Positions 52,957 through 61,737 of a DNA stretch of 64,000 bases are shown here, piece by piece. Below the pieces are notes generated by a model. That model was not told the DNA's origin and did not search any database. It saw nothing but the letters and a program-made list of their open reading frames with translations. Location of the stretch: positions 62,001-126,000 of the IMG/VR virus record IMGVR_UViG_3300036853_000446, one strand, 5' to 3'. Within the stretch, counting starts at the first letter, position 1; the number at the start of each line of letters is the position of its first letter. The position numbers and the translations under genes were made by a program.

Positions 52957-54179
52957 GCGTAGCCCTTTTGATCGACCGCGGGTTTCTCTACGTATTTCCC
53001 GCTCTCGTCGATGAAATAGTCCTCAATCACGCGAAACAAATGCTGCTTCGACTTTTTGACCTGAGCGATGCCCAGCATGACGTCGCGAGGATGCTTCGTC
53101 GCCTCGACGAGCTGGATCATCCAGTCGAGGTTGATGTGGAATTGGACGTCCTCCGTCTTGCTGAGGCTCCCAGAGCCCCAACAGCCCGGTTCACCCTCGA
53201 CGAGCGGCGTGACCGCCAACGGCAAAGACTCAATCTCGCCCCCCAAGGTGTTGCTCGCGACGACCGTCAGCAGGCACGTCGTGTGGTCGTAACGAACGAA
53301 CGCCTTGTTTTTATCCGCAGGCAAGGTGCTGCGAACGTATTTGAGTTCCTTCTCGAGGCTCGCCCGGCCGATCCTAAAGATATGATTGTCGAGCGCGAGA
53401 CCGTAATATCCGTATTTACTTCCGGCGTAGTCTTGGTTCGACCAACCGAGCACCTGCTCGGTCGAATTCATGAAATACGTCGAATTCTCGCTATTGTAGA
53501 CGTCGATGGTACCCGGCGATTTAGACAAGAACGACAGCAGCAGCGGGATCCGCGTACCGTAAACGAAGAGCGGCTTTCCCTCCAGCTCGGGACTGTAGAA
53601 ATAGCTCGTTCGACTCGTCGAGTGCCCCAGCATGTATCCGTTCCCATCGGCCTCGTCCGCGCCGAATAGCTGAACGTTGAGAAACTCTGGCTTCGCTAGC
53701 GCATCCTTCGGTTCCGCCAAGTAGGGTCGCGTCATGTTCAGAGCTTCCTTCAAGAGGACGCTGGGGAACGTGGCGACTTTCTTGGCGTTGCTGAAATCTG
53801 CGTCGAGCGCCTTGAGCGCCTTCGCGGTGAACGTGATGATCTTGTGAACACCCCCCTTGGCGCCGCCGGTGTCTCGTCGACACCAAACGACGTCAGCGCC
53901 GCCCTCCTCTCCGGACTCGAATTCGACCCATCCCTCGACGTAGCGCAGGTCCCCTTGTGGTCCCGTCGGAAAGACGAAGGCCCCTTCGCCCTCGACGTCA
54001 AACACGGGAATTGGCACGCGAAAGCGCTGGTGGCCGTCTTCGGAATACAGGTAGCAATGCTCGCCGCGCACGACGCAGAGATAGCCCGAGCTGCCTCGTG
54101 CATCGATGGAGGTCGGCGTGATCGACGAAACCAGGGCCAGCGCCGTGGTCCAGTCCTGTGTCAAAACTTTAAACTTCAT
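52920..54179 (-). CDS. dnaN: DNA polymerase III beta sliding clamp-like protein (419 aa)
   Basis: MKFKV....W..AL..V N-terminus, three-domain length, FHINLDWM near the clamp F-N motif; context with dnaX. Confidence 0.65.
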   Translation of the reverse strand: MKFKVLTQDWTTALALVSSITPTSIDARGSSGYLCVVRGEHCYLYSEDGHQRFRVPIPVFDVEGEGAFVFPTGPQGDLRYVEGWVEFESGEEGGADVVWCRRDTGGAKGGVHKIITFTAKALKALDADFSNAKKVATFPSVLLKEALNMTRPYLAEPKDALAKPEFLNVQLFGADEADGNGYMLGHSTSRTSYFYSPELEGKPLFVYGTRIPLLLSFLSKSPGTIDVYNSENSTYFMNSTEQVLGWSNQDYAGSKYGYYGLALDNHIFRIGRASLEKELKYVRSTLPADKNKAFVRYDHTTCLLTVVASNTLGGEIESLPLAVTPLVEGEPGCWGSGSLSKTEDVQFHINLDWMIQLVEATKHPRDVMLGIAQVKKSKQHLFRVIEDYFIDESGKYVEKPAVDQKGYACRAMRYVPSKQ

Positions 54180-54188
54180 GACAGTGCC

Positions 54189-54461
54189 TCACTTTTCGTA
54201 TTCGTCTTGGGCCCGCTCGACCACGGCCAACTCGGTGTCGAATTTCGTGATGAGTTCTTCCAACTCTTTCTCCAGACGAGCGCGCTCCTCGCGGAGAGTT
54301 TTCGGATCGAACCCCGCGGCTTCGATCTCTTGTTTCAACCGCAGCAGTTCCTGCTTTTTCTCCTCCATGACCCCTTGGAGCTTGGACTGCTTGGTCGAGG
54401 CTGCGGTGTGGCGACGAGTGAGGTCCTCCACGCGCGCTTGGATCTGTTCTAAGGTTGCCAT
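54189..54461 (-). CDS. Small coiled-coil protein (90 aa)
   Basis: Two long heptad helices separated by AGFDP. Confidence 0.7.
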   Translation of the reverse strand: MATLEQIQARVEDLTRRHTAASTKQSKLQGVMEEKKQELLRLKQEIEAAGFDPKTLREERARLEKELEELITKFDTELAVVERAQDEYEK

Positions 54462-55364
54462 CTATTTTTTGGTCCTTTGACTCTCTTTGAGGACAACGGC
54501 GAGGCCCTCGGGGCAAGCCTCTTGCGTCGCATACGGGCAAAACCGGCAGTTCGCGATCCGAGCCGAAGGTTCAAACACGGATTTGATGAGCGGGAGATGC
54601 TTTTGCTCCCCCACCCTTTTCGAATCCGCCTCGAGTTCATGCATGAATTGGACAACGTTGGTCTTCAGCTCGTCGATGTCGGTCTGGTTGCACGTACACC
54701 AGTCGATGTTGGACGGCGGATCGAAATGCCAATAAACGAAGGCCGTCCGATCCGGCAGGCGGCCTTGCTTCTCGCGATACAGCATCGAGTACCACTGCAG
54801 CTGAAGCTCGTCGGTGTAGCGGTCACGCTTTCGGGAGCCCTTTCCGTCGATGATGACGAGGTCACGGTCCGGCGGGATGCGAAGCATGACGAAATCAGCG
54901 CGTCCCCCAACGCGATGACCCGAGATGTCGGAGTCGAGCTTCAGCTCGGCCTGGACGTTCCTTCCGATGAGCCGATGGGTCTTGATCGTCGCGAGGCCGC
55001 GAGGCACTGCGGCGTGAACGTCCGAGACGAGTTCGTCTCGCGAAGCGTACAGGTTTTCCCGCCAGACGATGGTTCCTGCAGCGCGGAGCCTTCCCGGCTT
55101 CTGCTCCTCGTCGAGGACGGTGTCGACCATGGTCTCGACCATCGCCGTCATGATGGCGCTCGCGCCGGGATGCCTCCAGAGTCGATCCCGGTAGAACGCC
55201 TCGAATAGACGGCCGACGACCGTACCGTAGACCGAGCCCAAGCGGTCTTCCGGCTTTTCGGGCGGCGTCCTGTTGATGTACGAGTTCCAATATTTGTAGC
55301 GGCAGCCTTTGGCGCACTGATAGCCCGAGTATGAAAGGTACACGCGAGCACATACACCTCTCAA
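54462..55364 (-). CDS. PD-(D/E)XK nuclease, Cas4/AddB-like (300 aa)
   Basis: LSYS...C..KY, GRADF, IIDGKG, QL.WY, C-terminal CRFCPY...C Fe-S pattern. Confidence 0.85.
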   Translation of the reverse strand: MRGVCARVYLSYSGYQCAKGCRYKYWNSYINRTPPEKPEDRLGSVYGTVVGRLFEAFYRDRLWRHPGASAIMTAMVETMVDTVLDEEQKPGRLRAAGTIVWRENLYASRDELVSDVHAAVPRGLATIKTHRLIGRNVQAELKLDSDISGHRVGGRADFVMLRIPPDRDLVIIDGKGSRKRDRYTDELQLQWYSMLYREKQGRLPDRTAFVYWHFDPPSNIDWCTCNQTDIDELKTNVVQFMHELEADSKRVGEQKHLPLIKSVFEPSARIANCRFCPYATQEACPEGLAVVLKESQRTKK

Positions 55365-56338
55365 ACCTTCCGCAGACGCGCTTGCTGCAAATAGAAGAGC
55401 GCCAGATCGTGAATCTCTCGCGCGAAGTCCAGGCTGCCGATCGTCTCTTCGATGGACACGCCTTGCTTCGCCATGAGATCCGCCTGGATCCGCGCGACAT
55501 ACTGCTCGATGTTCGCGCTTTCCCGGTCCTGGCGAGTCTTGCGTTCGATGTCGAAAACCTCAGCGGGAGGCGCCACTTTCAAAAGGTGCGGCGTGATCGT
55601 AATGCCTTCGCTCGTCACTTCGATGAGGGCGACCTTCGGTGTCCTCGTCAGGTTCTCCTTTGAGAGTGCGCCGCGGGAGACCGCGCCCTGGTTCACGAAC
55701 CAGCGGTCGCGAATCTTGACGATGCCCTGATCCTGATGCCAATGCCCCCAACAGAAGATGTCCGGACCTCCGTCGACGATCAGCTGCTCGTACCGAAAGA
55801 CGGGCTCGCCATAAAACTCCTCGACGCTGCTCGGCGGGTTTTCGCCGGCAAGGGCGTGCACGATGGCGATGAGGACCTCTTTACCTCGCTTCCGAATGCC
55901 CTGCAGATCCTCGACCGTTCGGAACGGGCTGTAAGGCATTCCCACGACGCGAACCTCGAGATCGCCGTCTTTGAAGGTCTGATCCCGCAAATGTTCGAAG
56001 ACCCGGGCGTTGTACAGAACGCCCAACGGTTGATCCGACAACGTCTCGAGGTTGTTGTGTTTTATGTCGTGATTGCCTTCGACGCAGAAGACCTTGCAAG
56101 GGTACGCCTGATGCAGGGCCGCCACCTTGGCTACGAGACGATGCGAGTTTTGCGTCGGGGCTTTGATATGAAAGAAATCTCCCCCATCGAGAACGGCACA
56201 AGCCGAATGCGCGCGCGCCAACTCCCCGATCTGCTCGAGATTCGACCATATCTCCGCCGGGTAGTCCCCCTTCCACGACTCGGGAGAGTGCTCTGACACA
56301 TGCACGTCCGTCCGGAAGACGAAGGCTAATCTGGACAT
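55361..56338 (-). CDS. sbcD: SbcD/Mre11 metallophosphoesterase nuclease (about 325 aa)
   Basis: TDVH, GGDFFH, GNHD, GHWH, NQG. Confidence 0.9.
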   Translation of the reverse strand: MSRLAFVFRTDVHVSEHSPESWKGDYPAEIWSNLEQIGELARAHSACAVLDGGDFFHIKAPTQNSHRLVAKVAALHQAYPCKVFCVEGNHDIKHNNLETLSDQPLGVLYNARVFEHLRDQTFKDGDLEVRVVGMPYSPFRTVEDLQGIRKRGKEVLIAIVHALAGENPPSSVEEFYGEPVFRYEQLIVDGGPDIFCWGHWHQDQGIVKIRDRWFVNQGAVSRGALSKENLTRTPKVALIEVTSEGITITPHLLKVAPPAEVFDIERKTRQDRESANIEQYVARIQADLMAKQGVSIEETIGSLDFAREIHDLALFYLQQARLRKV

Positions 56339-57699
56339 GCCGCCGCGTGCTCGGGACTGATGTCTTGATGGCACGTCGGGCAAATCCCAAGGGCCGCAAA
56401 CTCAGCCAAGACAGCCCGCCCCTCCTCGACGCTCTCCGCGAGAAGCCGCTCGGCGCGTTCGAGTTCGTGCTCCAATCGGTCCTGGTGCGCGAACAGTCGA
56501 TCCGCCTTGCCGACTTTCTTGGCGAGGCTCGTCAAAGCCGCAGTGTCCGGCACCGTGAGCTTCTGGAGACGGCCCGCTCTCTCGAATACGACCTTGAGCT
56601 TTGCAAAGGCGCTCGACCAAGCCGCCAATCTCTTCAGATCATCGAACGGCTTTCGAAGACGGGCCGCAGACGGCGGAGTGACCTGGTCGACCTTCCCCAA
56701 ACGCTCGACCCAGCGCTCGCGGTCGACCACCGCCGCCTGCCATGAGCCGACCTTCCGCCACCGCTCCGCGGTCGTGGTGAGTCGACGGGAGTCAGGCAGC
56801 TCGGGCCGCAAGACGCGCTCGAGCGCCGTCACGACCCCCACGCGGGCCTGCCAATCCTCCTCCAGCCCGCACACCTGGTTGAGCCTTTCCGAGGTGGCCC
56901 GGAGAGGCTTTGCGCCGGGTATCGCGGGGGCGAGCGCGGTCCTCAGTCGGATCGCCGCCTTGGTGCCTTCCGCGGCCTCCGAAAGGAGACGGTCGGCAAG
57001 GCTGAGCCGTGCCGAAACCTCCCGTACTTTGGCGCCCTGATCCTGGAGCGCCCGCACTTTAACGAGGTGACCGTCTAGGGTGGCGTACGTCTCGAGTTGG
57101 CGTCCCAGGGTCACGACGTCAGACTCCCGCACCTTTCTCGTCGCGATGGCGGATCGACGGTCCTTCGAAACGGCCGTCATGGCCTGGTTGATGTCGTCGA
57201 GTTGACCGATGTCGCTCAGGATATCCGCGACGACGCTCCCCGAAAGATCGAGCAGGAACGGGGTCTCGAATTGACTCGAAACCTGAAGAAGCGATTGGGT
57301 CGGCCCGAGCTTGACCGGCGAGAATTGGGCACCGAGAAACTCCGGCAGTTCCATGCTCTGGCCGACCCGGTCGTAAACGGACTCGACTCCGTCCTTCCAG
57401 ACCGTGTACCGGTTGACGCCCTTGCTTCCCTTCTCCCAAAGGAACCCTTGGCCTTCGGCGAACATGAGCTTGACCGACGAGAAGCACTTGCAACTCTTGG
57501 TTCCGTTGAGGATTCTAGCGCACGAGCGCGCGTCGTGCCGTACGAAATCGGAGCCCGAACCGCCAGACAAGGCGCTCTTGAGTGCCCGCACGATCGACGA
57601 CTTACCGATGTTGGTTCTGCCAACCAACGCCGTGAAGCCCTCGATGTTGAGCTTCAAGTGGTCAATGGCCTGGAAGTTCTTGATCTCTACATCGATCAC
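56326..57699 (-). CDS. sbcC: SbcC/Rad50 ATPase, N-terminal half with coiled coil and zinc hook (457 aa)
   Basis: IKNFQ, Walker A GRTNIGKS, Q-loop region SSQF, long coiled coil ending in CPTCHQ; no Walker B. Confidence 0.85.
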   Translation of the reverse strand: MIDVEIKNFQAIDHLKLNIEGFTALVGRTNIGKSSIVRALKSALSGGSGSDFVRHDARSCARILNGTKSCKCFSSVKLMFAEGQGFLWEKGSKGVNRYTVWKDGVESVYDRVGQSMELPEFLGAQFSPVKLGPTQSLLQVSSQFETPFLLDLSGSVVADILSDIGQLDDINQAMTAVSKDRRSAIATRKVRESDVVTLGRQLETYATLDGHLVKVRALQDQGAKVREVSARLSLADRLLSEAAEGTKAAIRLRTALAPAIPGAKPLRATSERLNQVCGLEEDWQARVGVVTALERVLRPELPDSRRLTTTAERWRKVGSWQAAVVDRERWVERLGKVDQVTPPSAARLRKPFDDLKRLAAWSSAFAKLKVVFERAGRLQKLTVPDTAALTSLAKKVGKADRLFAHQDRLEHELERAERLLAESVEEGRAVLAEFAALGICPTCHQDISPEHAAACPD

Positions 57700-59126
57700 T
57701 CCCCTGCCTCGGAATCTGCCTCGGAATCTGCCTCGGAATCTGCCTCGGAATCTGCTTCAGAGTCAGTGTCAGTGTCGGACTCGATGTCGACTTCCTCGGG
57801 CATGTCTACGGTGAAATCATCGTCATCAGTTCCCATCGAACTCGAGATGAGGGCATCAACCTCGTCATCCTCGCTGACGGCCATCTCGGCCTGCGTCTCG
57901 GGGTCCACCTCTGCTTGCAGCCGAATAGACTTGAGCACGGTGACCTGCAGGGTGTCCAAGGCCGCCTTGTCACCCATCAGGAAGGCCCGGAGCTTCTCTC
58001 GACCTTGAAACTTCTGACCGGCAACCTCGAAAAAAGCCCCGGTCTTCTTGATGAGCTTGTGAGCCACGCCCGATTCGATGACCGTATAGAGATCGTCAAT
58101 CCCTTGTCCGAAACGGATGAAGATGTCCGCGGTCTGGCCCTGCTTGGCGTCGACCTTGGATTTGACCACCTTGACCTGGGTGTGGCTTCCGAAAGGAGCC
58201 TTCTTCTCCTTCCGCGTGACCGGGTCCTTGAAAACGATCCGCTCTGTCCGGATGCAGGTCGTCTGGAGCCGCAGGTACGCGAAAAACTTGAGCGCCTTGC
58301 CGCCCGCCGTCGAGTCGCCGCTCCCGCCGCCACCGTAACCCGACGTGCTGATCTGCGCCCGCGTCTGATTGATGAAGATCACGGCCGTCCCGAGCGGGTT
58401 CTTCTCGTTTGGCTTCAGCAGCCGAACGAGCTTCGGCAGCGATTGGGCGAGCTTGAGGGCGAGAACGCCGATCTTGATCGGGTCCTCGAAGCTCTTTTCC
58501 ATCTCGGCTTTTGGGACCATTGCCGCGACCGAGTCGACGACGATGAGATCAACTCCCGTCAGGAGCCCCACCCGCAACATCTCGAGCCCCTGCTCCATGT
58601 TGTCGGGCTGGTAGAGCATGAGACGTCGATGGTCGAAATTGACGCCGAGGTCTTTCGCGTACTTGTGGCTCAGGGCATGCTCGAAATCGAGGAACATGGC
58701 ACTGCCGCCCCGGCGCTGGACCTCGACGATGGCCTCGAGAGACAAAGTGGTCTTACCACTCGCCTCCGGACCATATATCTCAGTGATTCGCCCGCGCGGA
58801 TAGCCGGGACACAGAGGTCCAGACTTGTCCGGCGCAAGCACGCCGCCGATCACATGATCGATATTCATCGAGCCTGACGAGACGCAGGGCAACGGGTGTT
58901 GGTTGAGTCCGATAGGCTTCTGCCCCGTCAATTTCTCGATGGCCTTGATCGCGAGTTCGGCGTTCTTGATCGACTTCGTCGCGTCAGCCTCGCCGCCCCC
59001 GCCTCTCAACTTGGCAACCTTCTTCAGACCGGGCTTCGTCGGCTTCGCTACGGGGCCCGTACGAGATTTCCCTTTCGGAAGGGACACGGGCTCGGCCACT
59101 ACGGCATTATCGGCGCTTTCAGACAT
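57696..59126 (-). CDS. recA: RecA recombinase (476 aa)
   Basis: GRITEIYGPEASGKTT, FLDFEHA, IVVDSVAA, IFINQ.R, GGKALKF; basic N-terminal and acidic C-terminal tails. Confidence 0.95.
   Translation of the reverse strand: MSESADNAVVAEPVSLPKGKSRTGPVAKPTKPGLKKVAKLRGGGGEADATKSIKNAELAIKAIEKLTGQKPIGLNQHPLPCVSSGSMNIDHVIGGVLAPDKSGPLCPGYPRGRITEIYGPEASGKTTLSLEAIVEVQRRGGSAMFLDFEHALSHKYAKDLGVNFDHRRLMLYQPDNMEQGLEMLRVGLLTGVDLIVVDSVAAMVPKAEMEKSFEDPIKIGVLALKLAQSLPKLVRLLKPNEKNPLGTAVIFINQTRAQISTSGYGGGGSGDSTAGGKALKFFAYLRLQTTCIRTERIVFKDPVTRKEKKAPFGSHTQVKVVKSKVDAKQGQTADIFIRFGQGIDDLYTVIESGVAHKLIKKTGAFFEVAGQKFQGREKLRAFLMGDKAALDTLQVTVLKSIRLQAEVDPETQAEMAVSEDDEVDALISSSMGTDDDDFTVDMPEEVDIESDTDTDSEADSEADSEADSEADSEAGE
57704..57763 (+). 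repeat. 12-bp tandem repeat encoding the RecA acidic tail
   Basis: ctgcctcggaat x4 plus one imperfect copy; encodes (DSEA)n. Confidence 0.9.
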
Positions 59127-59817
59127 GGGACTTACCCTTTCGAGGGTGCAGATTGATCTCGATCTCGAGGTCCTCGGGCTTCAGCGCCGAGAACCGATAG
59201 AAGCGATCCCCCTCTTTGAAGAGGATGCCTCGTTCGACCGTCTTGCCGGCGTTCTTGCCCCGGCTAAAGACGTGGATGCTGCGGAACACGTGCTCCTCAG
59301 CCGGCGTCAGATCGGGCGGCGCGATATTGCCCGCGAGCAGGTCAAAGAATCGCGCCGCCGACCTTGCGATGATGTAGGCGTCCGCCTCGTCGTTGTTCCA
59401 ACTCTTCACTCCCGTGTCCTGCCGAGCGATGTCGACCATGTCGTTTTTGTCCATGGTCCCCTGACGAACTTCAGGGTCCATCTTGGCCATCAGCTTCACG
59501 CGCAAGGGATCGAAATAGACGACGTCCTTACGGCGCAGCATCACGGCTTCATTGACGTAGAGGAACAACCCAAACAGACCCTCGGAGAATGACTCACCGA
59601 AGGGCGGAGACTCGACTCCAACGGCCTCGATCATCGGGTATTTATCGAGCACGGCGCGGACCGCCTCCCGGAGATACATGTATCGCCAGTAGAAGACGCG
59701 GGTAGCCGGCGTCGAGATCCGCCCCTTGGCAACGACCCTCTCTTTTCCCGAGACGGAACCGTCGTGAACGCACCAACCGAGCCCTCTCAGTGAGGGGTCA
59801 ATGCCAAGGGTGATCAA
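59119..59817 (-). CDS. ruvC: RuvC-like Holliday junction resolvase (232 aa)
   Basis: LGIDPS...G, GVESP, NDEADAY.IA. Confidence 0.8.
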   Translation of the reverse strand: MITLGIDPSLRGLGWCVHDGSVSGKERVVAKGRISTPATRVFYWRYMYLREAVRAVLDKYPMIEAVGVESPPFGESFSEGLFGLFLYVNEAVMLRRKDVVYFDPLRVKLMAKMDPEVRQGTMDKNDMVDIARQDTGVKSWNNDEADAYIIARSAARFFDLLAGNIAPPDLTPAEEHVFRSIHVFSRGKNAGKTVERGILFKEGDRFYRFSALKPEDLEIEINLHPRKGKSHV

Positions 59818-59827
59818 GACGCGCCCT

Positions 59828-60691
59828 TCAGACGTTCTGCAGCAGGTCTGCGATCTCGTCCTCTGGTATGTCGGAGCCGCTGTCGCCGCCGCCAGTCGCC
59901 GAAACGAGCTTATCCCTCAACTCCGCGGTCGACATCTCGCGAGCATCGATCAGCTTGTTGTACAACTCGTACGCCTGAGGCAGGAACTTGTCCCGAATGG
60001 TCGGTGACTTTAGCCAGAGCGCCGTGCCCGCCGGATCGATATCGAACGTCTGATACTGCGCCGCCTTGCAAGTCAGCTTCAGATCCGAATTCGCCAGGCT
60101 CTGGTTATACGACCCGAGCATCTCGTTCTTCGAGATGAGGGCGCCGAACGTCCCCTTGCTGAAGCGCCAGAGCTTCACGTAAGCGTCTCGAGCGATGTTC
60201 TTTGCATCGACGTTCTGCTGGGCATCCAATGGGTAAAAGAGCCCGACCGTGCTGTAGTACTCGCGCGCGTCCCCGGCTTGCTTCCAGATCTTGTCTGCCT
60301 CGGGCCCGTCTTTACCGAGCCGCGAGAGCACCGTGCCCACGTCGGCGTGGTAGTGCGAATTGTATTTCTTGAACTGCGCGTTCGACCAATCGAGCTTCTG
60401 CCACTCCTCGAGTGCGCCAACGGTCGTCTCGAGATCGGCAGCTCTCTTCGCAAGAGCCTTGGCGAGGGTCTCTTTGAAGCTGTTCGTGTCGAAAGGTGTA
60501 CCGTCGCGCACGGCTTTTCGATCGAACGACTTCTTGATCGTCACTTGGAGCGGGTGAAAATACAGCAGCGCGACACGATACGTCTTGCCGGTCTCTCCCT
60601 TGAACCGCTCGATTCGATTGGATGACGGCCTGTTCGTCGGATCGAGATCGACGTCGCTGTTGTAGTCGTCGTAGTTGAAATCATCACTCAT
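59828..60691 (-). CDS. Possible single-stranded DNA-binding protein, gp32-like (287 aa)
   Basis: IERFKG..G..YRV, aromatic-rich, acidic C-terminus; position beside recA/ruvC. Confidence 0.45.
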   Translation of the reverse strand: MSDDFNYDDYNSDVDLDPTNRPSSNRIERFKGETGKTYRVALLYFHPLQVTIKKSFDRKAVRDGTPFDTNSFKETLAKALAKRAADLETTVGALEEWQKLDWSNAQFKKYNSHYHADVGTVLSRLGKDGPEADKIWKQAGDAREYYSTVGLFYPLDAQQNVDAKNIARDAYVKLWRFSKGTFGALISKNEMLGSYNQSLANSDLKLTCKAAQYQTFDIDPAGTALWLKSPTIRDKFLPQAYELYNKLIDAREMSTAELRDKLVSATGGGDSGSDIPEDEIADLLQNV

Positions 60692-60807
60692 GGTGCAGGT
60701 GTCCTTTTCTTTTCCGGGTCACCGCCAGCCAAGAATCTGTTTCGTTGGATGGCCGGCATTGGTGACGGTGCTGTCGCTTGGGCAGTACACCGGACAGAAG
60801 AGGTCCC

Positions 60808-61737
60808 TCACAGGTTGGCTATCAGAGATTCGATGTCGTCGTCGGGCTCCTCCAAGAATCGGATGATCGCCTCGTCCTCCGTTTCATCCGTTGCATCCAC
60901 TTTATCGACCGTCTCCGCCTTGTCGGCTTTGATCGCCGTGGGCTTCTCGGCTTTGATCGTCTCCGCCTTTTCGGCTTTGATCGCCGTGGGCTTCTCGGCT
61001 TTGATCGCCGTGGGCTTCTCGACGTCGACAATGCCCCTGATGAGCGCCTCGAGCGTCGTCGCATCCAAACCATCGGCGGGGTCCATGACAACCGAGGGCC
61101 GTGGCGGCTGTGGCGCTCTCTTGCTTGCCGCGCGTAAGGTTGCCCTGTCGGCTCGCTCACTTTCTATCTCCTCTTCCGACGAGGTGATCAGCGCCTCGAG
61201 GTCGAAGGCGCCAATCTCGTCCGCCGGGTCCATAGAGCGTCCCCTCGAGTGCTCGGACTCGTCGCCATAGAAGGAGCCCGTTTTCAGCTGGTCCCGAAGA
61301 AGCGAACGCTGGAGCCGAATGGCGCTCATCGTATTGTCGAGTTCGCCCTTCCGATAGCGAATGACGGCCTTGACGTGGGAGAGGCTCCGGATCTGACTTT
61401 CGAGACGTATGATCCGTTGCTTCTCGTCCTTGAGGATCACGTCGATCATCGCCTGTCTGTCCGTGATGTTCGGACGCGCGGCGACACTCGGGTCGGTCGC
61501 CAACAGTTCACTCGAGCGGATCCCGTAGACGGCCTCCACGGCATCGAGATCCGTTGCCAGCCGTGCCTCTTGCACGAGGACGTCCTGAAAATAGTGAGAG
61601 ACCTCGTTGAGGTAGTTACGGCACAGCGAGATTTGCTCCCGCAGAAACTCGGGACCCAGGCTCGAAGGGTCCGTGGGCATGTTGAGAACGAGCGCGTTCA
61701 TGCGCTCATAGATCTTGTCGCTCTGCTCGGGTGTCAC
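60808..61737 (-). CDS. Coiled-coil protein, possibly UvsY-like recombination mediator (309 aa)
   Basis: Helical hairpin N-terminal 150 aa, low-complexity tail; context only. Confidence 0.4.
   Translation of the reverse strand: MTPEQSDKIYERMNALVLNMPTDPSSLGPEFLREQISLCRNYLNEVSHYFQDVLVQEARLATDLDAVEAVYGIRSSELLATDPSVAARPNITDRQAMIDVILKDEKQRIIRLESQIRSLSHVKAVIRYRKGELDNTMSAIRLQRSLLRDQLKTGSFYGDESEHSRGRSMDPADEIGAFDLEALITSSEEEIESERADRATLRAASKRAPQPPRPSVVMDPADGLDATTLEALIRGIVDVEKPTAIKAEKPTAIKAEKAETIKAEKPTAIKADKAETVDKVDATDETEDEAIIRFLEEPDDDIESLIANL
60910..61022 (-). repeat. 24-bp tandem repeat encoding (EKPTAIKA)n
   Basis: EKPTAIKA x3 interleaved with EKAETIKA / DKAETV variants. Confidence 0.85.

Noticed and set aside
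54462-55364. Cas4-like gene as evidence of a CRISPR-Cas locus
   Set aside because: No array or other cas genes; solo Cas4/AddB-like nucleases are common in phage recombination modules.
57696-59126. Possible intein in the long RecA (and in TerL)
   Set aside because: Extra length is in terminal tails; no C/S...HN intein boundaries or LAGLIDADG motifs seen.
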